DNA of 64,000 bases. Origin: Saccostrea echinata (Eukaryota). Made by a program: the position numbers and the translations under genes. The stretch spans positions 11,222,001-11,286,000 of the forward strand of contig NW_026889751.1 in the NCBI RefSeq assembly GCF_033153115.1. The letters run 5' to 3'. Positions 1 through 11,868 of this stretch are shown piece by piece. Position 1 is the first letter of the stretch. The number at the start of each line of letters is the position of its first letter. The notes beneath the pieces were generated by a model. The model searched no databases, was not told the origin of the DNA, and worked only from the letters and a program-made list of their open reading frames with translations.

Positions 1-324
1 AAAATTAATAAACACAAATTTTTTTGTTTGCATGTGATTTCTATTACCCAAGAAAATATAGAAAAGCTTTTTAATAGTTGCTATAAAAAATAAAGTTTTA
101 GTTTCAATTTTTGGGGGGCTCAATTTTTTCGATTTCTTTTTTTTTTAAGATGGAATATCTTGAAAAATTGTTGGTAGATCACCAGAAAATTATCTCCCTA
201 GCCTTGAACAGCATTTTAACCAATAAAAGAATTGAAAATTTTCACATCATGCATTTTCTACAAATGACAAAAGAGAGGAAGTGTATAGTCCAAAGAATGT
301 AAGATACTTCAACTCTGTATGTAC

Positions 325-894
325 TAGGGGTGTAACGATTTATCAGTATACAGGGATACACCAAAAAAATTGTACTGGATTGTGGTACAAAATTCATGTA
401 CCTGTGTATCATGATATATAACATTTTAAACAATTATTCATGTTATTCCTTGTTAGTTTTACCTTTAAAAGTGATTTTCTTCATTTACTTATGATGTTTT
501 TATTGTGCTCAGAGCTTATTAAATGTTACATAATGTATTTGTGAACTTGATGAAATAATCTACAACTTTTATCCTTTCACTTTGTAATAGGAAGTTCCAG
601 AGACAAATTATACAAAAAAATATGAAAGATAAAAATTTGTGATACATATTGTGATACATGTACCAGGGTTGTTCCTAAGACACAGGGGCCAGGGAATTCC
701 CCCACCTATAATGACTTAATACCCCTGTTATTCTGACATTGCCCCCACAACCCCCAGTAGGATAGGAACCCAAGACACCCTTCTACTTTCAAAATGTTCC
801 CTTCTATTTCAATTCTTATGAACAACCCTGCTGATACAGCCCCTGCAAATCACAATATTTTAAGATATGCTTCAACCATTTCGTTACACCCCTA
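325..894. mobile_element. Non-autonomous TIR element (hAT-like MITE) containing a nested 167-bp TIR element at 664-830
   Basis: TAGGGGTGTAACG at 325 and its reverse complement CGTTACACCCCTA ending at 894. Inner pair CAGGGTTGTTCCTAAGA (664) / TCTTATGAACAACCCTG (ends 830). No clean TSD is visible for either element. Confidence 0.6.
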
Positions 895-934
895 GACTAT
901 ATACCATATTCCTGTGAAGACGATAATTTAATTT

Positions 935-1572
935 TGTTCAAATCATGACCCCCCCCCCCCCCCCCGGGATAGGGTAGCGCCACTATGGGAGATTTTACAT
1001 GAGAGTATATAGGAAACATCTTTTTAAAAATCTTCTTTTCAAGAACAGCAAAGCCATGATCAGTCATATTTATTTGGAAGTATCAGGTAGTTTAGATTCA
1101 GTTTTGTTCATATCATGACCTTTTGGGTTAGGGTGGAGCCACAATAAGCAAAGTTTTACATAGGAATATATACAGTCTAACCTCAATATATTGAACTCGA
1201 TGGGACCACGAAAAAAAATTGAGATATCCAAGGATTCGAGATATGGAGTTTAAAATACTTAAAGAATAAGCGGTTGGGACTTCCAAATCACTTCAACATA
1301 TCCATGGTATTTGAGATTTCAGTGTTTGAGATACTGAAGTTCAACTGTATCGGAAGAAATTTTTAAATCTTGTTCCCATGATCAGTCATATTTATATGGA
1401 AGCATCCTTAGGTAGTGTAGATTCAAGTCTGTTAAAGTCTTGGCCCCCTGGGGTAGGGTGGGGCCACAATATGTTAAGTTTTACATAGGAATATATAGGG
1501 AGAAAAATCTGCTGCTGAAGAACAGAAGGGCCATAGTGAAATAGGTGAGCACTGTGGCCCATGGAACTCATT
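935..1572 (+). mobile_element. Truncated Helentron-associated (HINE / CvA-Cg170-like) element with ~165-bp core repeats
   Basis: Repeated core (TTTGTTCAAATCATGACCCC...GGGTAGGGTGGGGCCACAAT...GGAAGCATCCT.AGGTAGTGTAGATTCAAG), with the family 3' end AGGTGAGCACTGTGGCCCATGG at 1543-1564. Same family as 4421-5190 and 26810-28072. Confidence 0.75.
1173..1347. mobile_element. Tc1/mariner(pogo)-type MITE inserted in a HINE core unit
   Basis: TA|CAGTCTAACCTCAATAT ... ATACTGAAGTTCAACTG|TA: imperfect TIRs with CAGT termini and a TA duplication. It interrupts the TAGGAATATATAGG motif of the host core repeat. Confidence 0.7.
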
Positions 1573-1863
1573 TCATTTATGTCCCTTTAAATGTCATTTA
1601 AAAAATGGAAGGAATGCCAACCTCGATGGCTAATGAAGTCTTGCTTATATTTTTTTAGATTCACCACAATACAGTAAATACTATATCCACAAAATTTCAT
1701 TTTCTATTCTTTTTAGACCAACCGTGCATCAGTTTCTATTTCAGTCACACCAACCACCCATCCAAAAAAAAAAGCTTCAACCCCACCATGGATAAATATA
1801 AAATAAAGATGCCGTCCGAGGCTTCCACCCATTTGTGGCGGTCAGACAGGTTCAATCGCCGGT

Positions 1864-1966
1864 GGCCAGATGGCTCAGTTGGTAGAGCACCTGACTGGAG
1901 ATTCAGGGGGTCTGGGTTCGAATCTTGGTCTGGTCCGCTGCATTTTTCTCCTTTTCAGTCGTTACA
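1864..1966 (+). repeat. tRNA-derived repeat (SINE head or tRNA pseudogene)
   Basis: A-box TGGCTCAGTTGG (1871-1882) and B-box GGTTCGAATC (1915-1924). Acceptor stem GGCCAGA/TCTGGTC and D-stem GCTC/GAGC are present, but the anticodon loop is 8 nt and the T-stem is weak. Confidence 0.65.
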
Positions 1967-2491
1967 CATTTAATTCTAGAACAGGCCTTAGTAGTTATTT
2001 AAAAATACCTCAAAGTCAAGGTCAAATGATATTCTTCTTTAAATATGTATTTGAGCATATTTTAGCGTGAATACTATTGGTTTGAAAACAATTTTATTTT
2101 TTGTTTAGATGAATTAGACACACCAAGTTCTAATGCTATTTCTGTATAATTTGTACAAGGTATCGTATATTAACACAACAATGAGCAAAGATGTGCAAAA
2201 CATACAGCTTGAATAGTATAAGGTAGCCACAAAAGGAGAATATTATTCCACAGAGATCATGGAGATAGAAAGAAATGAATTAATTTGGGGAGTTAGGGGA
2301 TATTCACGCACACATTTTTGGGATGTATCAAAAAACTAAGTGTCAGAATACATTGAATCTTTTGCTATATATAGATGTATACATGTAAAGATGTGGTAGT
2401 GTACCAAGTGCTGAAAATGGAATTGTATTCTATTTTGAGATGTGTATTGATTCATAAACAGTTATTAAAAAAAATTAATTAAATATTTCAG

Positions 2492-2549
2492 GAAATTAAC
2501 AGAAGAAGAAATTGACCAACATCTTGTAGCCATAGCTGAAAAGGACTGA
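2492..2549 (+). CDS. PSMA6: Proteasome subunit alpha type-6, last coding exon (upstream exons not identified, probably outside the window)
   Basis: After TTTCAG|, phase 2 gives (R)KLTEEEIDQHLVAIAEKD*, matching the recalled PSMA6 C-terminus RILTEAEIDAHLVALAERD. AATAAA follows at 2661. Too short for the ORF track. Confidence 0.88.
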
Positions 2550-2660
2550 GGGATCTGCACACTTAATGATTGAGTCTTATTACTGACATACAAATGTATC
2601 ATGATCCAAAAAAAAACAATAGTCTAATGTCCTTGCATTTTGCGATGTTGATATATCTTA

Positions 2661-2666
2661 AATAAA
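2661..2666 (+). terminator. Putative polyadenylation signal of PSMA6
   Basis: AATAAA about 110 nt after the stop codon, followed by a T/G-rich stretch. Confidence 0.5.
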
Positions 2667-2715
2667 TACATGACATTCATTTGCATTGTATTGTCTCTAA
2701 AATTTATCAAAATAC

Positions 2716-3081
2716 TAGAGCTGGGTATTGGCTAGAGATTTCGAATTGGGATATTTTTAACTGTATTGTGATATGTATTGCAATATTTTCAACAAAATTG
2801 AAATGGTATTTTCTTATTATATTAACTTCCTTTTACATACAGAATATACATAACTATGATAAATGATAAAAGATATCTTGTTGATTGAATTAGTTATGCA
2901 AATAAATACACCCATACAACAGCTTAGCACGATCGCAAACCTTTCTGACAACTTTTCTTTGTTGTAATATTTTATGATAGAATTCTTGAGTCCAAGCATT
3001 TTCTTGGTATAATGGTATTACAATACAATATTTTTTGTCAACATACCACAATACCGGAATATCGGTATTGTTCCCCAGCTG
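2716..3081. mobile_element. Degenerate hAT-like MITE
   Basis: TAGAGCTGGG at 2716 and CCCAGCTGTA ending at 3081, with internal ATTG/CAATA-rich inverted sub-repeats. Confidence 0.45.
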
Positions 3082-3353
3082 TACAAAATACATTTGGTAC
3101 AGGGAGCGACATTGAACAATCTCAAAATTTGCCTGTGGGCTACTGCAACCCTGATTAATGTTTTTAGATCAAGTTAAAGTTTTTGGAACAGGTCTAATTT
3201 CCAGTTAACTGTAAGTCCTATGTTGACCAAACTTGCATGGATGATACATTTAAGGATGCACATTACCAGGCTTGCTTCAGCTTCTGGATCTGACCTACAT
3301 TTTCCAGTTGAATGACCAGGTTAAAGTATTTGGTGCAGGTTTCATTTCCAATT

Positions 3354-3641
3354 TAGTCGCCCGCGTGGCGCAGTGGTTAAAGTGTTTGCGCTAGAGTTGC
3401 GGAGTAAGGAGTTGATCCTTACATTGCGGGTTCATATCCCACTGTGGGACTTTGAGACCGATGAGACCGTATAAACTGAGGTCCCTTGTCGCAGTAGGTG
3501 CTGGCACGAAAAAGATCCCTCACTGCTCAATGGCCTGAGTGCTGAGTAAAGGTCAAAATTTGCAGCTCTCCATCGGCAAGTGGTGGCGTCGCCGTATGAG
3601 TGAAAAATTCTTGAGAGGGATGTTAAACAACAATAAACAAA
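3354..3641 (+). mobile_element. tRNA-head SINE with a Meta-like central domain (BivaMeta/BivaMD-like)
   Basis: A-box TGGCGCAGTGG, B-box-like GGTTCATATCCC, central TAAACTGAGGTCCCTTGTCGCAGTAGGTGCTGGCACG..AAAGATCCCT and an AAAC-rich tail. An 11-bp TSD CATTTCCAATT lies at 3343-3353 and 3642-3652. Confidence 0.8.
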
Positions 3642-4360
3642 CATTTCCAATTAACTATAAGCCCAATGTTGACCAAATTTGCATGAATGATACATCTGAG
3701 GATGCACACTACCAGGTTTCGGATTTGTCCATGTGTTTTAAATCAGGATCAAAACATCTTCACAGGCCAATTTCAATTTTCAAAAATTGTTTAAATTATG
3801 ATCTCTTTAATTGAATTATTGCTCTGACTAAAAGAATTGATGCGCTCATTATTTCCTCTGATAAATTTGTGTAAAAAATAAAATTACAAATCATTATCAG
3901 GGGCGTAGCTAGACGAAAATGATGTGCACGCCAAAAAAAAGGCAGGGGGTCTGGAGGCCGCCTTGAAGCCCCCAGTGGGTCCAGGGCGAAGCCCTGGTGG
4001 GGGCCCAGGGGGGAAGCCCCCGGAAGCTCCTGGGTTTTCACGTTTAGACTGAACAAAATTTACGGTATTTTTAAATATATAACGTATGCTACAAGATGAA
4101 GTCAACTTCGCGATATTTTGATTTATGACACCAAAAAATAATAGATCTATTAATATTTAAAAAATATTTATGTTTTTTTTTTGTTATAAAATCAAGTGCA
4201 TTGTCTGAATTTTTGTGATTACTTTAAAAAGGTATTTTTAGTTCCATTTTTTGTCTAATTTTTAAATAATGAAAATAAAACAAAACAATTTTAATCCAGC
4301 AAATTTAATTTCCCCAAAACGTGCGGCGTCATGTTTCGTGTTTTATCGTTTAGCCTTTAC

Positions 4361-4416
4361 CTAAAATTCTCCAAAATCCATTTTTCTGGATTTAGCATTA
4401 ACAAATTGTTCCATTG

Positions 4417-4464
<48 letters not shown>

Positions 4465-4480
4465 ATTTTGTCCGGCGTCC

Positions 4481-4572
<92 letters not shown>

Positions 4573-4586
4573 AGTATCCTTGGGTT

Positions 4587-4619
<33 letters not shown>

Positions 4620-7600
4620 TGCCCTCTTTCAAGGGGAGATAATTAGGAATTAGTGAAAAAATAAAGGCATCATTTAAAAATACATAGAAATATAAAGGAA
4701 AATATCTTCTTCTGAAGAACTGCAAACCATGATTAGTCATTTTGATATGGAAGCATCCTCAGGTAGTGTAGATTCAATTTTTTTCAAATGATGACCTCCA
4801 GGGGTAGGGTGGGGCCCAAAGAGGGATGGAAAGTTTTACATAAGAACATATAGAAAAAATATTTCTTCTCAAGAACAGAAAAGCTATGTTTAGTCATATT
4901 TATATGGAAGCATCCTCAGGTAGTGTAGATTCAAGTTTGTTCAAATGATGACCCCTGGGGTAGGGAGGAGCCACAATGGAGGATCAAATTTTTACAAAGG
5001 AATATATGGGGATTTTTTTTTTTTAAATCTTCTCAAGTACAACAAAGCCATTTGTTATATTGACATGGAAGCATCATCAGGTAGTTTTAAAATTTAAGCC
5101 CCCCCCCCCCGGTCTTTTCAATACTGAACTGATTTGTGCTTTTGCCTAGCCAATGTGCTCAGGTGAGCAATGTGGCTTATGGGCCTCTTGTTCTATATCA
5201 ATTTTAAAATCTCTGTGAATATGGAGAAGTCCAAGCGATGACAATCTGTCATTTCTCATAGTGGAACGGACGTACGTTTTCAGTCGCCGCAAAACGCCGA
5301 AGGACCTCTCTGCAGTTGCGCTTGCTACCGGCATGGTTAGCAATATGAATAAAATGGACTCTATTGTTGGATATAGCGCTGAATTAATAGAATCTAATGT
5401 ACTGCAAAGTGTGCGCGGTTTCTCATCTTGCGCCGTCAATCCCCATCTTGTGCGCCAACGGGCAACTTCTCTCCTAAACTCTTCCAAAGACAATATGATA
5501 TCGTCCTGAAAGGCATTGTATATGGCTGCAATATGTTCATTGGTAATATTTTCTAAATATATGGGAAGAAGGTGTTGCGCCATGAAACGATCCTCGGATT
5601 TAAGTAGTCGCGAATCGAGTTCCATAATAACGTGATCCACAAATGGATAATACAATGAAATGCGCCAATACTGTCGGGGAGTATCAGCTGGGTGATTGGC
5701 TCTCCCTGTCTGTCTTCCACACCGTCTTGGCATACTTTCATCCACTTGTAGCGGTGTAGCTAAATCTAATGCCACCTGATACAACTCGTCCCAAACTGAA
5801 TCATCTTCCCTTTCCTGCCTCAGCATCTCAACAACAACTCTACACTCCTTGACTGCCTCAAGTAGATCGCATTCGACTCCCTGTAAGAAAAGAGAAAGGT
5901 GAACAGTGCTTTGTAGGACGTGCTCGGCAACAACTAGACCAATGATAAAATCAAATCTCGTAACTGCGTTAACCTGCTGTCCTGCTTTATCATCACCTTG
6001 GTCGTGCAAACTCTCAAGCGCATGTACAACTACCGGAAAAGATGTCTTGAAAGTGAACAAAGCATCCGCACGACTTGTCCATCTTGTCTCACATAAAGTC
6101 CGAAGCTTAGTTCTCTTTTCCATTTTTTCTTTTGTTGCCTCGTCTGCTTCCAGTTCATCAAAGAAAGCCTGTAGCTTCTTTGATGAATAATCAAAAGAAA
6201 ATGCAATTTCTTGAACGGTGGTCATTACGCTGCGAATCGACTTGTTACTGCAACTGTGCACAACGGCTAAGTTCAGACAGTGGGATTTGCAATGTACATA
6301 TAGCGCACCTGGTACAACCTGCCGTATTCTTGCCTGTACCCAACTGTACTTTCCAGACATATTGGCTGCTCCATCATACCCCTGAGCTCTCATTTTTGCA
6401 ATATCTATACCAGCCCCTTGAAGAGTTTGAATCAAAAGTTCGGCTAGATGTTCACCTTTTGTGCTACGTGCCATAACAAAGTCAAGAAAATCCTCTTTAA
6501 TAGATTTTTCATTGCTCACTTGATCCCGAACCAAGTAACGTAGGCAAACAGAAAGTTGTTCTCGAGTCGCAGTATCTGTGGTTTCATCAGCTATGAGCGC
6601 ACATTTACTCTTGTTGCAATCAGCAACAATGGCAGTTCGGATTTGGTTTGCTAGCAAATTTATAATTTCATTTCGAATGTCAGGGGATGTGTAGAGAGTT
6701 TTGCGATTCCCTGAAAGATGTTCAGCAAGTATTTCATCACCCTGCGCCATAGAATGCAATATTGCTATGAAATTACTGCGTTCCGGAACGTGTCCACGGA
6801 TGGGTATATTTTGCTTTCCACAAAGCAGAGGTACTTCCATAATTTTCTTCAAAATATGACGATTTTTTGAAACTTGGGCCTTTCTAAATGTTGATAATTT
6901 ATACAAGATGGGCTCTTCATTGCCATCTTTAGAGTAAATTCGTATGAATTCCTCGGCCATTGTTTGGTATGTGTAATGTGGTGAATTTTCCCTAAGGTGA
7001 CGTTTGATGAAACCAGGTAAGTTTGACCAGTCTGTAACTTTATTTATGAAAAGTTTTTCTTTGCATTCTTTTCGGCCAAACAAAACACATGGACCACAGT
7101 ATAGGGCATCATCTTGAATGCTGTATCGTAACCAAGGGTGATCTAGAAGCCATTTAGCAGATAAACGGCGTCGACGATTTCCAAAGTCCCTATGGAAGCA
7201 ATAACAAAAAATCACACTGGCATTGGATTTCTTAGTACCATAACGTAGATGCTTATTTTAGAAATGTCATAAAAATGAATGACGAAGATATTCAGGTTAC
7301 ATGTACTATAATGTCAACAATCTTTAATTTCCTTTTTATTTCCCTACAACTGTCAAGAGATCTTTTTCATTATTGGTTTAATATTTACCTTGCAGGAAAG
7401 TCGAAAGTGTGGGGATTTTCCCATTTACATGTCAAAATCTTCATTTTTGTTTCCTTCACAAGCAGTTCGGAGTCGTCTAACGTGGCAATATCTGGGTAGG
7501 GTGGGAGGCTTGCAGAAATCGTCGAAGATGAACATGATGGAGGTGATTCCTTCGAAGGGGTTGATGCCCCTGAATCATTATCGGGGATACATGTATTTTG

Positions 7601-7708
7601 CTCAGATTTGTCTGGTGTTGAAACCGGTTTCGTAACCTTACTGAAAAACCGGTCTATAGTTTGATTCGACTGCTTTGATTTGGGTTTCGTTTCGGGTGTT
7701 TTTGACAT
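4361..7708 (-). pseudogene. hAT transposase (~792 aa reconstructed), 2 exons, interrupted near the C-terminus by a HINE
   Basis: Exon 1 7708-7389 (AG|GTAAAT) and exon 2 from 7189 (CATAG|) join in frame as FDFPAR-DFGNRRRRLSAKWLLDHPWLRYS (TTF zinc finger). Catalytic motifs ADETTD, GYDGAANM, HCKSHCLNL, TRW and SATAERSF plus the dimerisation domain are intact. The frame reads to 5191 and resumes at 4420-4361 as KAMEQFVNAKSRKMDFGEF*. Confidence 0.88.
4421..5190 (+). mobile_element. Helentron-associated non-autonomous element (HINE, CvA/Cg170-like)
   Basis: 5' TTAGCTCACCTGAGCTGAAAGCTCAAGTGAGC hairpin, (GTCT/GTCC)n microsatellite, about 3 core repeats, and 3' CTCAGGTGAGCAATGTGGCTTATGGGCCTCTTG. Inserted in a T-run. 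Confidence 0.88.
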
Positions 7709-9729
7709 TATTGATTAGTTTGTATAATACGTACCATGCCAGTCATTTCATTATCGGAAATACAGTTACGCGCATTTAAATTGGAATTTTTATGAAAAGA
7801 GTTTGTAAATCCGGATTAACTATAGGTATTACATATATAACGTTAGGCCTGCAGGCATAGTAAGTTTACACGGAATCTTTTAGGAATTTAATTTTTTATA
7901 TGACGATATAATCATTTTTTTAATAATAAATTTTATAAAAATGCACAGTAATTTTTTTTTGGACTAAAAGATGTGCACGCCATGGCGTGCTGGCGTATAG
8001 GCAGCTACACCCTGATTATACCAAGGTCTAAATAATTTGTTAATTAATTTTGCAAGCTTTTATTCCACCACATTGTTAAGCTTAACAATTGATGCATGTA
8101 AATTGACAAAAGTGCATCCAATCAATTATTGATTTCTTCAATTAAATGAATGAGAGAAATAATTGATTTGATGCATGCATCATTTTAGCTATTGTGCGCA
8201 ATAAAGGAATTAATTATCTCTTTAAATAATTCAAGATACATGTAGCTTCAATTATTTGAGTTCATGTAAATTTTTGCACTCCGTAGACAGAGAAGTTGGC
8301 ACCTTTTATAACGGACTTATCTTGAACCACTGAATCTTAGGCAATAACCATTCAGTCTTGTGTGTGTGTTTTGTGGTTTGTTTGTTTTTTTGTTTTGTTT
8401 TGTTTTTTTTTTTTTTTTTTGGTTCTTGGTTTTTTTTTTAATTTCTCATTCGTTTTTCTTGTATAGCAAAATGCGGAAGTAAGTACCGCAAGTATAATGA
8501 TGAGCAGACGTTTTCCCTTGAACTTACCCCCCCCCCCCCCTGTTTTTGTTGGAACTTTTTTGAGTTTTATGGCTCAGACTTCTTCTTGTTTAGTCCATAT
8601 TCCATATTTTTGATGGCTCTTCTTTAAAATTTGGTGAGAAAACGATCTTTCCTAGCTCTTGAAAATAGCGCGCTATATGCTGACGGGAAAACGTTCGTGT
8701 TTTGAGTCAACAGCACCATATGTCAGATGGTTTCCCCATTTTAAACTCAGTCCATGCAGTCTGCCCTGACACATCTTAAGACACATTCAAGACACATCTC
8801 ACGTTTTAGTTTAGACCAGATTTTATTTGAAAATAATAAACATAATTTACAGACATTAACAGTGAAGGATGATCAAATAAGATTTAGTATTAAACCCTTT
8901 TCCCATTTCAGACCTCTTTATTGCATGTTCTATCATCTCTTTTTCATCCCCGAGTTGAAAAACAGGCTCCCCCCCCCCCCCCCATCAGCTAAGCTATTCC
9001 GTTTTTTCGAATTACATGTTCGTCTAAAGTTTGATTTTTGCACTCTGTCCTTTTTTTAAGCTTTCCAAATAGAAATATTATTATTCTTTACATCGGCCGC
9101 TGGCAATATAAAACAAAGGCGGTCTTTGTTTCCATAAAACAATTTTACAAAAACAATTTTTGAATTTTCTAAAGAATGTACATTTCGATACAAATGTACA
9201 TGCAATCTTACAAGTCAGTTTAAAACTTAAAATTTTCAAAACCTTGTATTGAAAATTTTAAGTGTTAGACTGACTTTTAGCGCATCTAGTGTACATGTAA
9301 ACTATATATAGTTTGGGGGGGGGGGGTTCCTAAAACATTTGACAAGCAAAACAAAGCAATTGCAAAAAATCCTATCTCGTGAGAAGGTGGGAGCATTTCC
9401 TAACTGTTCTGTTCTGTATAATTTTTTTTCAATTTCAATGTTCGAATTTGTCATTTTGCGACTGTACAGCAACAAAATGTGTGAGGGGTGTGTGTGTGTG
9501 GGGGGGGGGGGCAGCTTCCAAATAAAAATTTATACAGTTAAACTACATTAAAAAACTATACCCCCCCCTTTTTGTGTACTACGGACCTGTTTATGATGAA
9601 ATTGCAAAAAAAGTTTGTCCTTTCAAAAGAAAATTTACTCTTGCTTAACAAGAAAGCAAAAGACATCCTAACCAGAAATCATGTACTTTTAAACCAATAC
9701 TGAACATATTTCTGGATTCGATGCATTTA

Positions 9730-10187
9730 CACGTGTTTTTATAAATGTTGATAATATAAATTAAAACTTAAATCTGAGGTCTAGAAAATTAATTGTTATA
9801 TTAAAAGAACATCTGAGTTCATTTATGTTTTGCTCCGTCTTGTATTTGTCATTTACTGAGATGTTCAATAATTAAATTTAGAACGCTGCGAACAATAGTA
9901 CTGCGAGGAAAGTCAATAACAGATTGAATTTCTGATCTATACACATGCATTTATTTCACGTTGGTGTCGTTCACTTGTGGAAGAGCATTCACGTGTTGAC
10001 ATTTGTGGACTAGTCTCTACATTACGATAACTGTCTTTGCACGAGCGAAAATTGACCATTAGAGAGGTGTATGTGAGTGTGTTGCCAAATTAGGTAACCG
10101 ATGTGTGCTTTTGTCCGTGGGGAATAATAATATCGCACGGTCAATCGAGATCCCACCATTGTGCGACTTCTACGAAGATTTTGGTAG
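9730..10187 (+). promoter_or_regulatory. Putative CIPC promoter / 5' UTR exon with E-box cluster
   Basis: CACGTG at 9730 and 9990, CACGTT at 9957, CACATG at 9942 and CACTTG at 9972. A strong donor AG|GTAAGT lies at 10187/10188. Confidence 0.5.
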
Positions 10188-11868
10188 GTAAGTGTTCATT
10201 TTTATAAGTTTCTAGAATTTTTTAACAAAAAAAATGGTTTAAGATTATTTTATTTTAATATATGTGTTAATTAAAAGGAATGGGGTTGTTCATTGTCCTT
10301 CGTTTCTGAAATTTGTCGATTTAATTAAGCTTATAATCAAGGAATGGGAAAGGGGGGGGTCTAGCAATTTACGAGTTCCAGGCCTTTCAATTCCTAAAAC
10401 AGACAATTAATATTTCTATAATATACAATTTAATTATAAACTGTATATTTTTTTCGTGCAAGTCATTGTTTAAATAAAAATCACATAATTATACCACAGC
10501 TGAAATAGAACTAAAAGTCATTTTTATTACCAAAAAACAGAATGTTGATGCATTGTGTATTTATATTATTTTTTATCAATTGAATGGTTTAATTCAGCAT
10601 AATTTAACAATTATCCCTTTTTTTCAATGAGTTAGTACTGCCTTGCGCCGTCTTTTTTATTGCTTAATTAATTTGCAGCTATATTGTACCATTACCTTCA
10701 AATTACGGACACATTTTCGGGAAAAATAATCAGAAGAACTTGTACAAATCTACATTTTTTCAGTCCGTACAATGTTGACTGCTGATTTTTAATACATGTA
10801 TACATATGAAAAACAAAAAATATGTTTATTATATTTAATTTCTATTTTATTTAATACTCATTGACGTGCAGTTGCAGGGTTGATCATAGACTCCTCGGAC
10901 AGGCTTTGGAAATCATGGTTACCGAGAGGAATATTAATTCTGATGGCAGGGGGAGTGACAGGGTAAAGTTCCAGATCAATTATTATTTCTAGGGGGGCAA
11001 TGGGATCGAAGGAGCAATTTAAAAATAATCATACCCATCGATTTTGAAATCTAATACATGTATAAAAATATTGTTTGACAATTTTTTTTCTCTCTCTCAA
11101 CTTTTATAGATAGATTGATATATTCTTACCTTGTCACTTAGAAATTATGTGGCTAATTATGACATATTAAAGTTGGTTAAGTGTGACCCAATACATGGGA
11201 TACATTGAGAAAACAAGAGTCTCATGGACCAGAACGGTCTCCTGAGTCTCAAAAGGCGGATTTTTAGCCCGTTTTATAAAACTCAAGAACCCACATTTAT
11301 ACCATGTCCTTCTTGAAAAGATTTTTTGTTATAAAGTATTCCTTTATACCGGTAGTACAATGAAAAGCATTGAACCAACCAACCCACCCACTCACATAAA
11401 GAGGAGAGGTCCATACCCACTGAAAAAAACTATGCCCGACAGGTTTTTTTCACATAAAAGAGAGAAAAGAAAGAAGAACGCATGTATAAAAAGACGCTTT
11501 GAGTTAGAAAGACTTTGCTTTGCATAGTATGAAGATATTTTGTTAAAAAATCGCTCGGCTGAATTATTTTCATTACTTTAGATTTCATAAAATTATATGG
11601 GACTGCGATCTAAAGATGTTTGTATAATGTGTATAATTTTGGTTGGACAGTTATTATTTATATACCTTACTTAAATGATATCTTAGTAAATACACGAGAC
11701 CAACTAGCAATAAAAACAGGTTCACAACCAGCTGGAGAACTGAAGCTCTCTAGACTGTTTAAAAAAAATATTGACAGACCAGGGATCCACGGGAAAAAAT
11801 GTTTTCTAGTTTTGAGCTTATTTCTCTAATTAACATCCCATTGAAGTATTTAATTTCCGGGATTAGTG

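Larger units (their letters stand above)
3898..8014 (-). mobile_element. Full-length hAT DNA transposon (ZnF-TTF / THAP12-ZMYM1-like transposase type)
   Basis: TIRs CAGGGGCGTAGCT (3898) and AGCTACACCCTG (ends 8014). Subterminal GATGTGCACGCCA is repeated near both ends (3921, 7970). The element encloses the transposase gene. Confidence 0.88.

Noticed and set aside
1864-1936. Functional tRNA-Ser(GGA)
   Set aside because: 8-nt anticodon loop, several G-T pairs in the T-stem and no long variable arm.
4414-4653. ORF MLFSSPELKAQVSFSDH... and its twin at 27848-28078
   Set aside because: Both are translations of the HINE 5' end, a non-coding repeat; the similarity reflects repeat copies, not a gene family.
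5146-7215. 689-aa ORF as a complete domesticated THAP12/ZMYM-like host gene
   Set aside because: It is bounded by TIRs, its start is intronic sequence and its last 14 codons come from a HINE. It is better explained as exon 2 of a transposon's transposase.
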